Positions 18,818-28,873 are shown, counted from the stretch's first letter. The stretch: 64,000 nt of DNA from an uncultured Candidatus Binatia bacterium (GCA_965213675.1 OZ243916.1:128001-192000), one strand, 5' to 3'. The notes: generated from the letters alone by a model not told the origin. A program made the numbers and translations.

Positions 18818-19826
18818 TGGCGAGTTCCATGCCCACAATCCGTGCCGGATTGCGGGTGCAGACCGTATACAACTCGTCCTGGTGCAACCCGAATGCCTCC
18901 ATGTAGCCGCGGATAAGGCGCATGGCTTCCACGGAGTCGGGAAACAGCGGCTCGCCGGCATCGCTCGACAGCGCGAAGTGCTCGACCCCCACCTCGCGGA
19001 TGGTGTTGTACATGATCTGGGGATCGACGCCGAGAAGCGGCGACAACTCATCGAAGGTGAAGTTGAACAGGACGCCCAGGGGCGCCAGCTCCTTCATCTG
19101 CTCCACCGATACGTCGAGAAAGGGGCTGTAGGGATGGTCGATGACCAGCCGTGCGAGCCCCGCCTTGTGCGCCTCCTCGGCGATCTTGAAGATCTCCTTG
19201 TGGGTGGGGTGGCCGAAGAACAGCGCCACGTCCCGCTCCACGCACAGCCGGATGACATCCCTGACCTCGGGCTTCAACGTCCCCGATGCGTCGAGGTTGT
19301 AGCGGCCGTGCTCCAGGGCCTTTTCCCAGGAAAGGGGACCCATCCAGCCCTGAGCGTTCATGTCGTGCTCGATGAGTTCCCGGCGGCTGCCCACGATGTG
19401 CATGGTGTTCGCGTGGTTGAAGACCGGCAGCCACAAGGCGACGACGCCGTCGTCGATGGCTCGTTCCGCCAGCTCCGCCGACACCGGTTCGTCGTTGCGG
19501 CCGCACACGAAGCCGGCGAACAGGGCCACTGGCGCGACCCCTTCCTCCGCGGCCCACGCGTCGAGTTGCGCTTGCAGTTCGCGAACCGCCGTCCCTGCCT
19601 TGCCCACGATGGACTTGAACAGGATGCCCTTCATCCCGGCCCGGGAAGCCTTCTTCACCAGGTCCAGGGCATCCTGCTGGCCGGCGTGGGCGTGGCAGTG
19701 GATGTCGATGGCGTCCTGGACCTTGACGTGGCCGGGATGGACCACGCCGGGCTTGTACTGGGTGCGCGCCGCGTAGGAGGTGACGCACCGCTCCTGGGTC
19801 GGGGTAGAGACCACGTTGTCACTCAT
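18801..19826 (-). CDS. DUF6282-like amidohydrolase-fold metalloprotein
   Basis: IDIHCH, WLPV, FFGH, IDHP, SSDAG, NPARI. Confidence 0.8.
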   Translation of the reverse strand: MSDNVVSTPTQERCVTSYAARTQYKPGVVHPGHVKVQDAIDIHCHAHAGQQDALDLVKKASRAGMKGILFKSIVGKAGTAVRELQAQLDAWAAEEGVAPVALFAGFVCGRNDEPVSAELAERAIDDGVVALWLPVFNHANTMHIVGSRRELIEHDMNAQGWMGPLSWEKALEHGRYNLDASGTLKPEVRDVIRLCVERDVALFFGHPTHKEIFKIAEEAHKAGLARLVIDHPYSPFLDVSVEQMKELAPLGVLFNFTFDELSPLLGVDPQIMYNTIREVGVEHFALSSDAGEPLFPDSVEAMRLIRGYMEAFGLHQDELYTVCTRNPARIVGMELASVVSG

Positions 19827-19932
19827 CGCCTTCTCCCTTCACTGGCCAGGCACGGCCGCCGGAACCGGCTTGCCGTGCGCCATGAGACCGGTTCATATTA
19901 GACCCTCGAAAACCGGAACGGAAGAGGCGGAC

Positions 19933-20946
19933 ATGGATGGAACCGAGTATCTCACGCCCCTCGAGGCGTCGGTGGCGCTGGGCCTTGCCCTGGGCGCCGT
20001 CTACGGCGCGCTGGCCCAGCGCAGCCGATTCTGCCTGCGCCGCAGCCTGGTGGGGCAATGGAGGGAATGCCGGCCGGCGCTCGGCGTCTGGGCCATGGCG
20101 TTTGCCCTGGCCATCGCCGGCACGCAAGGCGCGGTGTCCGCGGGGTGGATCTCCTTCGATGCGCACCGGTTCCTGGCCCCCGACCTGCCCGTCGTCGCGG
20201 TTGTCGTGGGCGGCGCCCTGTTCGGCGCCGGCATGGTGCTCAGCGGCGGCTGCGCCTCCCGGCTCGCGGTGCTGAGCGGTTCCGGCAACCTGCGCGCAGC
20301 CCTTGTTCTGGTGGTCTTCGCGGTGGTCGCGTACGCGATGATGAAGGGTGTGCTGGCGCCGCTGCGCTCGGCGCTCGCCGGGTGGACGCTGGATCCCGGC
20401 GGCAGAGTGACACTGGCGGCTCTGCCCGGCGGGGACGTCTGGATCTGGGGCCTGGCGCTCGCTGCGGGGACCCTGGCGTTCCGCTCCGGAGCGGACCCGC
20501 GCCATGTCGCCATGGGCGCCGCCATCGGGCTGCTGGTGCCGCTGGGGTGGGTCGGCACCGGTTTTGTTCTCCTGGACGACTTCGATCCCGTGCCGCTTCA
20601 GTCCTTGAGTTTCACCGGACCCATGGCCGACACGCTGTTCTGGAGCATGGCGGCCACCGCGGTTCCGGCGGGCTTCGGCACCGGCCTGGCCGCCGGCGTA
20701 TTGGGTGGCAGCCTTGTGGCGGCGGTCCGCGCGGGCGAGTTCCGTTGGATCAGCCTGGAAGGGCCGCGGCAGACCGGACGTTACATGGCCGGCGCGGCGT
20801 TGATGGGGACGGGCGGCGTGCTGGCGGGTGGATGCACGGTGGGGGCCGGACTGTCGGGCGTGTCCACCGGCAGCATCGCCGCGACCCTGGCGCTCATGGC
20901 CATGGCGCTGTCAGCCAGGACGGTGGGGAAGCTGATCCGAGGATAG
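19933..20946 (+). CDS. YeeE/YedE family sulfur-compound transporter
   Basis: RFCLR, GMVLSGGCAS, GGVLAGGCTVG; many TM helices. Confidence 0.92.
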   Translation: MDGTEYLTPLEASVALGLALGAVYGALAQRSRFCLRRSLVGQWRECRPALGVWAMAFALAIAGTQGAVSAGWISFDAHRFLAPDLPVVAVVVGGALFGAGMVLSGGCASRLAVLSGSGNLRAALVLVVFAVVAYAMMKGVLAPLRSALAGWTLDPGGRVTLAALPGGDVWIWGLALAAGTLAFRSGADPRHVAMGAAIGLLVPLGWVGTGFVLLDDFDPVPLQSLSFTGPMADTLFWSMAATAVPAGFGTGLAAGVLGGSLVAAVRAGEFRWISLEGPRQTGRYMAGAALMGTGGVLAGGCTVGAGLSGVSTGSIAATLALMAMALSARTVGKLIRG

Positions 20947-20985
20947 CCGCCCCTCAAACGCTTTCCGTTCATGGCCTCTGGAGGA

Positions 20986-22275
20986 TCAGCCGAAGAGGTC
21001 CCTGGAGAAGGCCGCGTACCAACCGACGGATTCCTCGTAGGTGGCCTTGCGTACCTCGGCGCTCTCTCCGGTCTTGGAGATGAAGCCGTCGGTCTTGGCG
21101 ATCTTCTCGTCGGTGGCCTTGTAGGAGGCGCCGACCTTGACGCCGTCATCGGTGGCGATCAGCGACCAGCAGGTGTTGCGGAAGCGCGCCGGGAATGCCT
21201 TCGAGCCGGTCAGCGCCGCGCGCACCGCCATGGCGCACACCTTGGCCTGACTGTTGGCGGAGAACCCGGACTTGGGCATGTCCCCTTGCTGGGAAGCGTC
21301 GCCGAGCACGTGAATGTTCTCGTCCGCACGGCTTTGCATGGTGTGGGGCGCCACCGGCGCCCAGCCCGCTTCGTTGGTGATCCCGGCCGCCGCCGCGATG
21401 CGGCCCGCCTGCTGCGCCGGAATCACGTTGCAGACATCCACCTTGGTGACCTCGCCGTCGATCACCACCTCCATGGAACCCGGGCGCACCGCCACCTTGT
21501 CGCCGCCGAAGTCCGGACCGACCCGCTCGATCATGCCGGGGTAGTGGCGCTGCCAGCCTTCCTCGAATAGCCCCTGCTTGGAAAACTTCGCCTTGGGGTC
21601 GACGATCAGTATCTTGGCCGTCGGGTTGGATTGCTTCAGCGTGTGCGCGACCATCGAGATGCGTTCGTACGGTCCCGGGGGGCAGCGAAAGGGGTTCGGC
21701 GGCGCCACCATGCAATAGACGCCGCCCTGTCGCATGGCCGCCACCTGGGCCTTGAGGAGCTGGGTCTGCGAGCCCGCCTTGTAGGCGTGGGGCATGCGGT
21801 TCTGATGCGACAGGTCCCAACCAGGCACCGAACCTGGGCGGAAGTCGATGCCGGGGGAGAGGATCAACCGGTCGTAGGCGAGGCTGCCGCCGCCGGCGAG
21901 TCCGATCCGCTTCTTTCCCCTATCCACGGACACGGCCCAGTCGTGGACCACGTTGATACCGTAGGCCGACGCCAGGGTTCCGTAGGAATGCCCGATGGAC
22001 GCGAAGCTGCGGAACCCGCCGAGGTAGAGGTTCGAGAAGAAGCATGAGTAATAGTGCCGGGAGGGCTCCACCAGGGTCACGTCGATGGCGCCTTTCGAGT
22101 CCTTGGCGAGGTAGCGCGCGGCCGTGGCTCCGCCGGCGCCGCCGCCGATCACCACCACCCGCGGGCGGCTCTGGCCGAGGATGGGTGAGGCCCACAACGC
22201 CGCCGACGTGGCGGCGGTGGATGCCAAAAAGCGGCGCCGGCTCAGGCCGCGGTTCTTGTGATCCCTTTTCGACAT
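20986..22275 (-). CDS. soxF: Flavocytochrome c sulfide dehydrogenase flavoprotein subunit
   Basis: Tat signal SRRRFL, GGGAGG, CFFSN, CPPGPYER, MPKSGFSANSQAKVC. Confidence 0.93.
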   Translation of the reverse strand: MSKRDHKNRGLSRRRFLASTAATSAALWASPILGQSRPRVVVIGGGAGGATAARYLAKDSKGAIDVTLVEPSRHYYSCFFSNLYLGGFRSFASIGHSYGTLASAYGINVVHDWAVSVDRGKKRIGLAGGGSLAYDRLILSPGIDFRPGSVPGWDLSHQNRMPHAYKAGSQTQLLKAQVAAMRQGGVYCMVAPPNPFRCPPGPYERISMVAHTLKQSNPTAKILIVDPKAKFSKQGLFEEGWQRHYPGMIERVGPDFGGDKVAVRPGSMEVVIDGEVTKVDVCNVIPAQQAGRIAAAAGITNEAGWAPVAPHTMQSRADENIHVLGDASQQGDMPKSGFSANSQAKVCAMAVRAALTGSKAFPARFRNTCWSLIATDDGVKVGASYKATDEKIAKTDGFISKTGESAEVRKATYEESVGWYAAFSRDLFG

Positions 22276-22290
22276 GGCTCCCCCCTTTTC

Positions 22291-23004
22291 TCATGGCCCG
22301 TCGGCCGGCCTTGCGAAATACGCGGCCAGCGACGCGATCTCCTCGTTGGATAAACGCCTGGCGATGGTCTGCATGGCCTGATGCTTCCGCTTGCCATGCT
22401 TGTACGCTTGCAGCGTTATCACGAAGTCCTCCACCGGCCAACCGGCAATGGCGGGGATGCCTTGCTCGGCGCCGCCGGCGTGGTGGCAGGTGACGCATTC
22501 ACTCGCCAGCCAAGCGCCGTATTCGAGGTCGCCCGGAATGGTGAGGAGGCGCGGGTCGAGGCCGTATTCGGCGGCGGTCATGGTCGGTTCCGCCGCCGGA
22601 AGGCGGGAGCCGGACAGGGAGCGCAGCCACGCCACAAGATCCGCCCGGTCGTCCGCCGCCATGCCGGCGTAGCTCATGCGTGACCGCGGCACCGCCTTGC
22701 GAGGGTCTGCCAGAAAGGTATCCAGCGTCGCTTCCGTCCACACCAGTCCGGCGGTTCCGGCCCTGCGCATGGCCCGAGAGTAACGAAAGTCCGGGAGCGA
22801 ACCGGCGCGGCGACCGAACAGGTCGTTCAGGTGGGGGCCGATGCGGTGCCTTGCGCCACGGCCGGTCTGGTGACAACGCTTGCATTCCTGGTAGAGCGCC
22901 TTCCCGCGTTGCGTATCCGCGCCATGGGCTCCGGTGGCGGCCAGAAGCAGAAGAAGAACCAACGCGAGCACAGGGAAAGCCGCGGGCTTCGTGATGCTCT
23001 TCAT
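22291..23004 (-). CDS. soxE: Diheme cytochrome c, partner of SoxF
   Basis: Signal peptide; two CxxCH motifs (CKRCH, CVTCH). Confidence 0.85.
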   Translation of the reverse strand: MKSITKPAAFPVLALVLLLLLAATGAHGADTQRGKALYQECKRCHQTGRGARHRIGPHLNDLFGRRAGSLPDFRYSRAMRRAGTAGLVWTEATLDTFLADPRKAVPRSRMSYAGMAADDRADLVAWLRSLSGSRLPAAEPTMTAAEYGLDPRLLTIPGDLEYGAWLASECVTCHHAGGAEQGIPAIAGWPVEDFVITLQAYKHGKRKHQAMQTIARRLSNEEIASLAAYFARPADGP

Positions 23005-23026
23005 GCGCAGTGGGGCGCCCGGAAGG

Positions 23027-23356
23027 TCAAGACTTGACCGTGACTCGCCGGCCGAGGCGGTATACAGAGCCATCGTCATCGACCCACTCGAATTCCATCT
23101 CGCCCGATTCCCGCACCGCCATTTCGAAACTGAAATACGGATCCGCGGACACCGCCCGTTCGAGATCCACGGAGATGGCCTCCTCGCCGTTGTAGCGCAC
23201 CACGAACTGGTTGATGATCCGCCGGGGAATGCGTTTCCCGTCACGGTCCTGGCGGAGCCCGGTGTGCATGGGGTGGGTGATGCGGGTCCTGACGGTGAAG
23301 GGAACTCCGGCGGACACCGACTTCGGCAGTTTCACGCGCGGCCTGGGATTCTGCAT
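23027..23356 (-). CDS. soxZ: Sulfur carrier complex protein SoxZ
   Basis: THPMHTGLRQD, IPRRII, VSADPYFSF, WVDDDG. Confidence 0.93.
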   Translation of the reverse strand: MQNPRPRVKLPKSVSAGVPFTVRTRITHPMHTGLRQDRDGKRIPRRIINQFVVRYNGEEAISVDLERAVSADPYFSFEMAVRESGEMEFEWVDDDGSVYRLGRRVTVKS

Positions 23357-23416
23357 TTCAAACACCTGGTGCGCTGTGTCACGAACATGTTCGTGAATCA
23401 CACCGCCGTCGGATCA

Positions 23417-23851
23417 TCAGCAACCGCCCGCCGTCACCTTGATCGCGTGGGACGTCGTGCGGAACGCGCCGTCGGCCATTTCCGCCACGGCGATGAGTTT
23501 CTGGCTCCCGGCCAGCCGGATGCGCGTCGACGCCGCGGGCGTGACCCACTTGCCGAATGTGAAGACGGCGACGCCCGGACTCGGGTTGCCGTCGGCGAAC
23601 AGGGCGATGCGGCGCGCACCTTCGGCGGAGACCCGCACCGGCACCGCCCCGCCGTTGTCGGCGATCTCCGCGGCTTCGATGCGGACGCCGCCCTCCACCG
23701 GCAGCGCGCCCTTGGTGAAAAGCGCGATGGCGAGCTGGGTCTCATTGGCCGCCCGTGCCGGCCGGACCCGAAACAAGCCGGCGAGACCCGCGGTCGCTGC
23801 GGCCACGGCAACGCCGGCGAACGAGAGTATTTGCCTGCGTGTGGTACTCAT
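23417..23851 (-). CDS. soxY: Sulfur carrier protein SoxY (C-terminus GGC, lacking the final GG)
   Basis: Tat signal TRRQIL, EIADNGGAVPV, GNPSP, TRIRL, KVTAGGC. Confidence 0.92.
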   Translation of the reverse strand: MSTTRRQILSFAGVAVAAATAGLAGLFRVRPARAANETQLAIALFTKGALPVEGGVRIEAAEIADNGGAVPVRVSAEGARRIALFADGNPSPGVAVFTFGKWVTPAASTRIRLAGSQKLIAVAEMADGAFRTTSHAIKVTAGGC

Positions 23852-23984
23852 GTGGAAACGCTTTCGGCTTATCGGGTAGACGCCACCGGAGCCTTGGGTG
23901 ACCGCGCCTGCCGGCGGCACCCGGGCCTCCGCCGGTTGCCGGAACCCGCGGGGCAGCGTCTTGCCGCCCCTGCCATCCATTCCC

Positions 23985-24148
23985 AGGAGCTTGCGCCGCA
24001 TGAATTCGCGCGAGCGAAAATTCGTGCGCCGCCTTCCCTCGGCCCGGTCGATTGAGGACAATATCATGTCATATTTGACGAAATCGAGCGACCGAAGGGA
24101 CGGATGAGAGCGGATTTGGAGCCGTGAATTCCTGCGGCGCAAGCTCCT
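23985..24148. mobile_element. MITE family B, full copy
   Basis: AGGAGCTTGCGCCGCATGAATTC...GAATTCCTGCGGCGCAAGCTCCT terminal inverted repeats. Confidence 0.8.
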
Positions 24149-24187
24149 CTCGTAGACGCTCGAAATCGGCAACGAAAGAAGGCGCTC

Positions 24188-25186
24188 ATGAAATTCGGTC
24201 TATTCATCATCGGCGAGGACGACCCCGAACTTCAACTCGACCTCAAGCGTTATTACGAACGGATGCTGGAGCAGGTCCGCTGCGGCGAGTCCCTGGGCTA
24301 CGAATGCTTCTGGTTCGGCGAGCATCACTTCGATTTCCATGGCGTCATTCCATCGCCCACGGTGCTCATGTCCGCGGCGGCCGCGTGCACCGATACCATC
24401 CGCCTGGGCGTTGCGGTGGCGCTCTTGCCCTACCGGAATCCCATCCTCACCGCAGAGGAATACGCCATGATCGACGTGTTGAGCGGCGGCCGGCTCGACT
24501 TCGGCGTCGGCCGCGGCACGCCCCCGGAACTGGTGGGCTTCGGCGTCAAGGAGGACAACCGCGACCGGCTGGTGGAGAGCCTCGAAGTGGTGGAAATGGC
24601 ATGGCGCGACGGAACGGTGTCCTACCAGGGACAGTTTCACCACATCGACGACGTGTCGCTTAACGTGCAACCTGTCCAGCGGCCGTCGCCGCCGGTGTAC
24701 TTCGCCACCTTGAGCCAAGGCTCCTATCAGGTGGCCGGCGAACGCGGCTACCCCATTCTCGGCATCCCCTTCGCGAGCTGCAAGGACATGGCCGAAGTCA
24801 GGCGCAAGGTGACCTTCTACAAGGAAGCCCTGAGTCAGAATGGCCACAACCCCGACGCCGTGGACGTGGGCCAGACCATTCACACCCACGTGGCCGAAAC
24901 CGACGCCGCCGCCCGGCGCCGCGCCCGCCCCGCCATGAGCCGCTACTACGAAGCCCGCAAAAGCGTGCGCCCGCGCGGCTACGATGCACTCGACCAGGCA
25001 CGCATGCTCATGGTCGGCGGCCCCGCCCGTTGCATCGAGCAGATCGAAGAGATCGCCGGCACCGGCTCCAACTACATCATCTTCTCCATGAACTTCGCCG
25101 GCCTCGACCAGGCCTGTATCCTGGAGTCCATGGCGATGATGGCGGAGGAGGTGCTGCCCAAGGTCGAAGGCTTGGACGGCTCGTAG
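24188..25186 (+). CDS. LLM-class (luciferase-like) flavin-dependent oxidoreductase
   Basis: MKFGLF, WFGEHHF, AEEYAMIDVLSGGRLDFGVGRG, PVQRPSPP. Confidence 0.93.
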   Translation: MKFGLFIIGEDDPELQLDLKRYYERMLEQVRCGESLGYECFWFGEHHFDFHGVIPSPTVLMSAAAACTDTIRLGVAVALLPYRNPILTAEEYAMIDVLSGGRLDFGVGRGTPPELVGFGVKEDNRDRLVESLEVVEMAWRDGTVSYQGQFHHIDDVSLNVQPVQRPSPPVYFATLSQGSYQVAGERGYPILGIPFASCKDMAEVRRKVTFYKEALSQNGHNPDAVDVGQTIHTHVAETDAAARRRARPAMSRYYEARKSVRPRGYDALDQARMLMVGGPARCIEQIEEIAGTGSNYIIFSMNFAGLDQACILESMAMMAEEVLPKVEGLDGS

Positions 25187-25221
25187 CGGATTTCTCGATC
25201 GAGTCGACGTGGGGCGAACGG

Positions 25222-26538
25222 CTACCGCATCAAACCCGGCAGCCAGATGGCGATGGGCGGGAACAGCATTACCAGAGCCAGGGCGATGATGTTGATGAGG
25301 ACGAAGGGGATGACGCCGCGGTAGATGGCGCCCAAGGTGACGTCGGGCGGGGAGACGCCCTTGAGCACGAAGAGGTTCATGCCAAAGGGCGGGGTGATGA
25401 GGGACAGCTCGATGTTCACCATGGTGACAATGGCGAACCACAAAGGGTCGAGGCCCAGGGAGCGGATCACGGGGAAGAAGATGGGCACGGTGATGAGCAT
25501 GATGGAGATGGGCTCCATGAACGCGCCCATGATGAGGATCACGATCTGCATGGCGGCAATGATGATCCACTGGGACACGGCCAGCTCGGTGGCGAAGGTG
25601 GACAGGCCCATGGCCGCGCCGGAGTGGGCGAGGATCTGGCTGAAGGCGGTGGCGCTGGTGACGATGAGCAGGGCGAAGCCGGAGACCTCCACGGTGCCCA
25701 GGAGCGACTTTTGCAGGATCTCCCACGACACGCGCCGGTAGGCCACGGCCAGGCAGAAAGCCCCGGCGACCCCCATGGCGGCGGACTCGCTGGGGGTGGC
25801 GATGCCCATGAAGATCGAGCCCAGCACCACGAGCACCAGCACCACCAGCGGCAGGAAGTACTTGAGGGCGGTCAGGCGCTCGCCCCAGGACACCTTCTCG
25901 ACGTCCACGGCGGGGGCCAGTTGCGGCCAGATCGTGCAGGCGATGACGATGTAGCCGAACAGCAGCGACGCCAGCAGCAGCCCCGGCAGCACGCCGCCGA
26001 TCAGCAGGTCGCCCACCGAGAGCTGGCTGATGCCGCCGAAGATAACCATGAGCGCGCTGGGCGGGATCAGCACGGCCAGACCCCCCGACGTGGCCAGGGT
26101 GCCAACGGCCAGGCCCGTGTCGTAGCCCTGCCTGCGCATTTCCGGGATCAGGATGGTTCCCAGGGTGGCGGAGCTGGCCATGCTCGAGCCGCTGCCCGCG
26201 CCGAAGGCCGTTCCCGCGAGCACGGCCAGCACCGCGAGACGGCCGGGCATCTTGCCCAACCATTTGCCGATGGAGGTGATGGCGAGGGCGGCGAGACCCG
26301 AATGGAGTACCAGTTCGCCCATCAGCACGAACAGGGGCAGGGCGATGAAGGCGAAGGTGCCGACGCTCGTGAAGCTGCTCAGGGCCACGGCCTGGACCGC
26401 GCCCGGACCCACGAGCACGTACAGAAAGGCGATGTTCAGGACGCCGAAGGCGAACGCGATGGGAATGCCCGACGCCATCAGCAGGAGAAGGGCGCCGAAC
26501 ATGACCACCAGAACGATCCACCACTCGAGGATAATCAG
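25222..26538 (-). CDS. dctM: TRAP transporter large permease DctM (probable non-canonical start)
   Basis: ALPLFVLMG, GSS, LIPPS, ATPSES, ITPPFGMNLF. Confidence 0.92.
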   Translation of the reverse strand: MIILEWWIVLVVMFGALLLLMASGIPIAFAFGVLNIAFLYVLVGPGAVQAVALSSFTSVGTFAFIALPLFVLMGELVLHSGLAALAITSIGKWLGKMPGRLAVLAVLAGTAFGAGSGSSMASSATLGTILIPEMRRQGYDTGLAVGTLATSGGLAVLIPPSALMVIFGGISQLSVGDLLIGGVLPGLLLASLLFGYIVIACTIWPQLAPAVDVEKVSWGERLTALKYFLPLVVLVLVVLGSIFMGIATPSESAAMGVAGAFCLAVAYRRVSWEILQKSLLGTVEVSGFALLIVTSATAFSQILAHSGAAMGLSTFATELAVSQWIIIAAMQIVILIMGAFMEPISIMLITVPIFFPVIRSLGLDPLWFAIVTMVNIELSLITPPFGMNLFVLKGVSPPDVTLGAIYRGVIPFVLINIIALALVMLFPPIAIWLPGLMR

Positions 26539-27050
26539 AGGCCTCCTTCTCCGGGCGCGACCTCCGTGGGCCCGCGCTCCCCGGCGAGGATTCGGAAGAC
26601 AAAACCCAGCGCGAGCCAGGCCGCTCCGATGGGGATAATGATCAGCACCGGGAATTTGGGGAAGTTGAGGGCGGTGGAGAAGCGGTAGCCGTTCTCCAGC
26701 GCGTGCCATGCCACCGCCCAGCCCTGCCACGCCAGCACCACGCAATAGAGCAGCCCGAAAATGTCCGTCACCACCCGAAGCCGCCGTTGCGCCGGCGCCT
26801 TGAGGCGCGCGGTGACGAGTTCGACCTTCACGTGATGGTCGTTCATGAGGATCCACGCGGCGGGAACGAAGGTGAGATACACCAACAGGTACTCGTTCAT
26901 GTCGATCACCCAGATGGTGGGCGCGCGGAAGAGCAGGCGGGCGAAGACATCGTAGAGAACGGACACCGTCATCACCACCACGAACGCGGCAGCGACGGCA
27001 CTGAGCGCGCGGTTCGCCCTGTCGAAGGCGAGGCTCAGGTATTGCATCAT
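26535..27050 (-). CDS. dctQ: TRAP transporter small permease DctQ
   Basis: Four TM helices, HVKVEL; lies between dctP and dctM. Confidence 0.9.
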   Translation of the reverse strand: MMQYLSLAFDRANRALSAVAAAFVVVMTVSVLYDVFARLLFRAPTIWVIDMNEYLLVYLTFVPAAWILMNDHHVKVELVTARLKAPAQRRLRVVTDIFGLLYCVVLAWQGWAVAWHALENGYRFSTALNFPKFPVLIIIPIGAAWLALGFVFRILAGERGPTEVAPGEGGL

Positions 27051-27133
27051 GGGGCGAGCCGTGGGCAGCGGCGGCCGGCGGCCCGCATCAACGGGACCGG
27101 CAGCCGCCGCGCGTCACGTCCGGCGAGACCGGT

Positions 27134-28150
27134 TCAGTTGTAGGGCTCCAGGGCTTTCTGGATACGTGGACCGTACTTGGGCGACTGCTTGAGCAGCTCG
27201 GCCCAGTAGGCGTTGCGCGCCGCCGCCAGCCGTTTTTTGGCGGCGGCGTCCACCTGGATGATCTTCATGCCGTTGGCCTGAAGCTTCTGGATGGAGGCCT
27301 GGTCGGCGTTGAAATAGTAGTCCAGCACCTCGCGCTCCATCCCTTCGGCGGTGTCCGTCACGATTTTCCGGGCGGCGTCCGACAGCTTGTCCCAGACCCG
27401 CGTGGCAATGTAGACGCCGCCCGGCGAAAGCTGCATGGGCGTGGCGATCATGGCCTTGTAGACGTCTCTCTCGCCGAAGCTCCAGGCGTCGTTGGGCGCC
27501 CGGTAGGCGCCGTCCACCACGCCGCGCTGCAGTGCCGTGTACAGTTCGTTGGCCGGGATGGTCTGGGGCGAACCGCCGAGGAACTGAATGGCGCGGGCGT
27601 CCTGGGCTCCCGAGGCGCGGATGCGTTTGCCCTTGAGGTCTCCGAGACTCGCGATGGGCTTGGCCATGAGAAAGCGGAATCCGGTCCCGCCCACCAGGAT
27701 GCCGACGAAGCGCGTGGCCGATTTCTCGGCGTAGGCCTCGTTGATGATGTTCATGGCCTGGGTCGTGCGCAACGCTTCCAGCCACTTGTAGATGTCGTCG
27801 GGCTTGACCAGGCTCATGGCCGCGCCTTCGATGGTCTCGCCGGCGTAGTACGCGCCGGCGGAGTGGGTCATGTCGGCGATGCCGGTGCGCAGGGCCTGGA
27901 ACTGCTCAAAGGCCGGGGCCACCTCCGGTCCGCCCAGAAGGCGGATCTGCACCACGCCCTTGCCCGCCTTGTTCACCCGTTCGATGTACTTCTTGTACAT
28001 GAGATCGCAGTCGCAACTCAGCGGCCAGGCGGCGATGGCGCGGAGCACCGCTTCCTTGGCGCCCGCGGTCGGGACCATTGCGAGGGTCGACAGAGGCACG
28101 GCCAGCAGGAACGCGAGGATCGACTTTCTCAGAAAGGATGGGTTTCGCAT
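27134..28150 (-). CDS. dctP: TRAP transporter solute-binding protein DctP
   Basis: Signal peptide, DLKGKRIR, ELYTALQRGVVDG. Confidence 0.92.
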   Translation of the reverse strand: MRNPSFLRKSILAFLLAVPLSTLAMVPTAGAKEAVLRAIAAWPLSCDCDLMYKKYIERVNKAGKGVVQIRLLGGPEVAPAFEQFQALRTGIADMTHSAGAYYAGETIEGAAMSLVKPDDIYKWLEALRTTQAMNIINEAYAEKSATRFVGILVGGTGFRFLMAKPIASLGDLKGKRIRASGAQDARAIQFLGGSPQTIPANELYTALQRGVVDGAYRAPNDAWSFGERDVYKAMIATPMQLSPGGVYIATRVWDKLSDAARKIVTDTAEGMEREVLDYYFNADQASIQKLQANGMKIIQVDAAAKKRLAAARNAYWAELLKQSPKYGPRIQKALEPYN

Positions 28151-28233
28151 TGTGTACCTCCGGTTTTGGGCCCGTGTCGTGTCCGGACGATTCATGCTCC
28201 GGGATGCGGTGGCGCTGGCCGCCGCACGCACTG

Positions 28234-28734
28234 TCAGATCGCCTCGTACGGAAACCGTTTCACTTTCGCCATGTTCTTCCCTTCGATGCGGATCAGCTTG
28301 GTGGTGTCGGCGCGCCAGGGCGAGTGCAGGTCGCCTTCATTGTAGAGATGGGCCATGCCCGGCTTGAGCGTGTAGGTGCGGAGCTTGCGCGCCTTGCCCT
28401 TCTTGCCCTCGCCCGCGGGCTCGACTTTTTCCCAGTCGGTCATCTCGGTTTCGCCCGAGGCTTGGCCGTAGATCGCCCAGGCCGGACCGTGGTCGTGAGG
28501 GTTGCTGCCCTTGGCGCCCTTGTTGTGATGCGCGAGGATGCAAAACCCCAGTTCGTCATCCTCATAGATCACCTTCCGCTCCGGCTGGTCGTCTTCGACG
28601 TGCTCGTCGATGAATTCCTGATCCTTGCAGATCTCTGCCACCAGCGAGACCACCTTCTGCCGCCCCTCGGGGCCAGGGTCCGCCTTGAGGATGCTGTGAC
28701 AGTCGGCGGCAAACTGTTCGAGTGTGTGGCTCAT
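28234..28734 (-). CDS. Cupin / cysteine-dioxygenase-like metalloprotein
   Basis: PHDHGPAWAIYG...GDLHSP. Confidence 0.75.
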   Translation of the reverse strand: MSHTLEQFAADCHSILKADPGPEGRQKVVSLVAEICKDQEFIDEHVEDDQPERKVIYEDDELGFCILAHHNKGAKGSNPHDHGPAWAIYGQASGETEMTDWEKVEPAGEGKKGKARKLRTYTLKPGMAHLYNEGDLHSPWRADTTKLIRIEGKNMAKVKRFPYEAI

Positions 28735-28873
28735 GGTACGACTCCTCCGAGAATGTATTTCCGGTCCGCCGAACGGCCCGGCGTTGCGCTTGCTGAAATG
28801 CTTGTACGTCGTCTGCCGCGAGAGTGTCAAGCCGGTTCGAGCGGCGGATGGCGCGGAGCCGAATGCGGCCTCG

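Noticed and set aside
23414-23419. Genome-wide UGA=Gly reassignment (code 25)
   Set aside because: Many ordinary genes here end at TGA with normal C-termini, and in-frame UGAs are otherwise absent apart from the Sec site.
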